DNA of 62,205 nt, filler included, from Basidiobolus ranarum (taxonomy: Eukaryota), in the NCBI GenBank assembly GCA_040143965.1. It is 27 parts of 27 records of this genome, joined end to end, with 100 filler letters (N's around TTAATTAATTAA, not from the genome) between each part and the next. Parts side by side here need not be neighbours in the genome. Positions count along the whole stretch, not along the records: positions 60,007 to 62,205 come from JASJQH010003644.1; 26 more parts are not named here. The stretch is one strand, 5' to 3'. Position numbers and translations under genes: made by a program. This document shows, in pieces, positions 60,007 to 62,205 of the stretch. The notes beneath the pieces are model-generated. The model had not been told where the DNA came from. It saw only the letters and a list, made by a program, of their open reading frames with translations, and did not search any database. Within the stretch, counting starts at the first letter, position 1. Every line of letters starts with the position of its first letter.

Positions 60007-62205
60007 AAATTCTTCAATATAAAGATGGAAAAGTCTGAAAGCATGGTTACTCATATTGCAAATGTGTGATCTTTGGCAAAACAACTGGAAAATATTGGTG
60101 CAACTTTACAGGAAGAAGATGTTATTATGACTCTTCTAAGTAGTCTACCAAAACAGTATTCAAACTTGGTCACAGCATTGGAAGCAAGATCTGACAAGTT
60201 GTCTTTGGAGTTTATGGTGGCAAGGCTACTGACTCAGGCCCTCAGAAGTCAGAATTTGGAAAAAAAATCTGAGGAAGTGGCTCTTTTTGGAGCAGGAAAA
60301 TGTAGCTTTGGCAAGTGCAAAGTTTAAAAAAGAACAAAACCAGGTTCATGTTATTGTTGTAACAAAAAATGACACCAGTTAAATGATTGCAAATCAAGAA
60401 ATTCCACACAAATGACAAGTCAGAATAAGCAAATCCTGTTTCAACCAAAGAGGAAGTTTTATTCAATTTTGTCCTATCAGTGACCTCTGAGCAAGACTGT
60501 AGGTTAATGTATATTGATTCTGCAGCCTCTCAACTTTTTCTAATCAAAAAGCTGGTTTAAGACATTCAAAACTGACATAAACAAAGAGGTTGATATGGGA
60601 GATGACCAGCCACTAGAAGCTCTGGGAGTGGGAGAAATTGAAGTAGGTCTTGGGGGCATCTCTAGGGATATGTATTTGACACTGAAAAAGGTGCTGTATG
60701 TGCCTGCAATAGCAAAAAATTTGTTATCAGTGAGTAAAGCTACATCTGAGGGATATAGCTTTATTTTGATCAAAATGGCTGCACAATCAGGAATCAAAAA
60801 GGGTATTACGTGGCTTCTATAGCTGAGCAAAATAACATGTATAAGCTTCATTATATTGGGCCAATATATAAACAAGTTAATATAGTCACAGCCAAAGAGA
60901 TAGATTGGAAAATCTGGTATAGGAGATTGAGTCATCCAGGAGCTGAAAATATGAGAAATTTAAGCAAAAACAAGATGGTTTTGGGACTAATTTCTGTAAT
61001 TCCTACAGATATGGATCTAAATGAAGGTTTCCTATATGGTAAGTAACAGAGACAGCCATTTGTGGGTGCTGGAATGAGTAAAATTGATCAAAATTTGTGC
61101 CTGTGATACTAAGATATGTGTGGCCCAATGCAGACAAATTCTTTAGGTGGAAAAAGGTTATTTATGACCTTTATTGATGATAAGACAATGTATACTTGGG
61201 TGTACTCTCTGGCCAGTAAGGATGAAGCTTTTGATACCTTGAAGAAGTTCAAAGCAATGGTGGAGACTCAAACAGGTCTTAAGTTTAAGATTATCTGTAC
61301 TGATAATGGAGGGGAATATACCTCATAACTCTTCTCTAACTTCTGCTCAACACATGGGATAAAGCAGCAGTTGACAGTGCCATATTCCCCACACCAGAAT
61401 GGAGTAGCTGAACATGCAAACACATCAACAATGAACAAGGCAAGATCAAAGCTTTATGATCAAGATTTACTAAAACAGTTCTGGGCTGAATTGGTTGCAC
61501 TGCAGTATATATTCGGAATAGATGTCCTTCTTTGTCTCTATTGGCTATGACATCTTGTCAAGGTTGGTTTGTAAGTAAACCTGATGTGGCTAATCCCCAA
61601 GCTTTTGAAAGCACTGCATATGCAATTATTCCAGACCAGAAAAGATCAAAATTAGACTGAAAAAGCCAGAAATGTCTGTTTTTGGGATATTGTGTTGAAA
61701 CAAAAGGGTACAGACTATATGACATTGAAAATAGGATGCCAATCACGTCAAGGGACATGGGATTTGATGAAGAAGAAAAAATGTTAATTGAAGCAATCCA
61801 GAATCAAGAAAAACAACCAAAAAATCATGAACATCCTTCTTTCTCTCACCAGATCCTGTTCAGTGAGAAAAGCATTAAAAGACACTCTCAAACAAAAGGA
61901 GTGGACTACAATGAAAATTTAGCTCCTGTAGCAAAGTTTAACTCCATCAGAACCATACTAGCAGTAGCAGCAAAACACAACTTAAAAAACCATCAAAAGG
62001 ATCTTAAAACTACTTTTCTGAATGGGAACTTGGAAGAGAATTTATTTATCAATCAAGCAGATGGTTTTGTGGAGCCTAAGCGCCCTGAGGACATGTGCAA
62101 GCTACAAAAATCACTTGATGGACTTAAACAATCACCCAGGGCCTGGTTCACTGAAATAGACACATACTTGAAATCAATTGATTTCCAAAAGAGTACGATG
62201 GATTT
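60007..62205 (+). pseudogene. Copia-1 gag-pol, degenerate, with a deletion at the IN/RT junction
   Basis: Colinear with 13310-13804 and 27771-29978; jumps near 61890 from the IN tail to GVDYNE; LKQSPRAW. Confidence 0.9.

Overview
This is not one locus. It is 27 unrelated contigs of about 2.2 kb, sorted by decreasing length (2220 to 2199 bp) and joined by artificial 100-bp spacers (N44-TTAATTAATTAA-N44), so adjacency across spacers means nothing. The source is an AT-rich eukaryote, most likely an early-diverging fungus (inferred from short GT-AG introns and a CBM18-chitin deacetylase, an RlpA-like protein and an aquaporin). Most of the sequence is nested, decayed, CpG-depleted transposon DNA. 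The dominant family is a CMC/EnSpm (CACTA-type, Tnp2) DNA transposon. Overlapping copies reconstruct it as about 5.2 kb, with CCCTAACA termini and an unknown second gene divergent from the transposase. Also present: at least two Ty1/copia families (one with TG...TA LTRs and a half-tRNAiMet PBS), a Ty3/gypsy element, a LINE RT and several LTR families, including an LTR-like piece carrying a tRNA-derived sequence. Host islands keep their CpGs and contain: an IF1-like ATPase inhibitor, a 3-exon STEEP1/CXorf56 homolog, a MATE transporter last exon, tRNA-Leu(CAG), a frameshifted chitin deacetylase, partial aquaporin and RlpA-like genes, a small secreted 9-Cys protein, a decayed Gly/Asn repeat gene, and two tandem secreted KK-YGG/Asp-Tyr repeat genes. 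All family assignments are from motif recognition by eye, not database searches.
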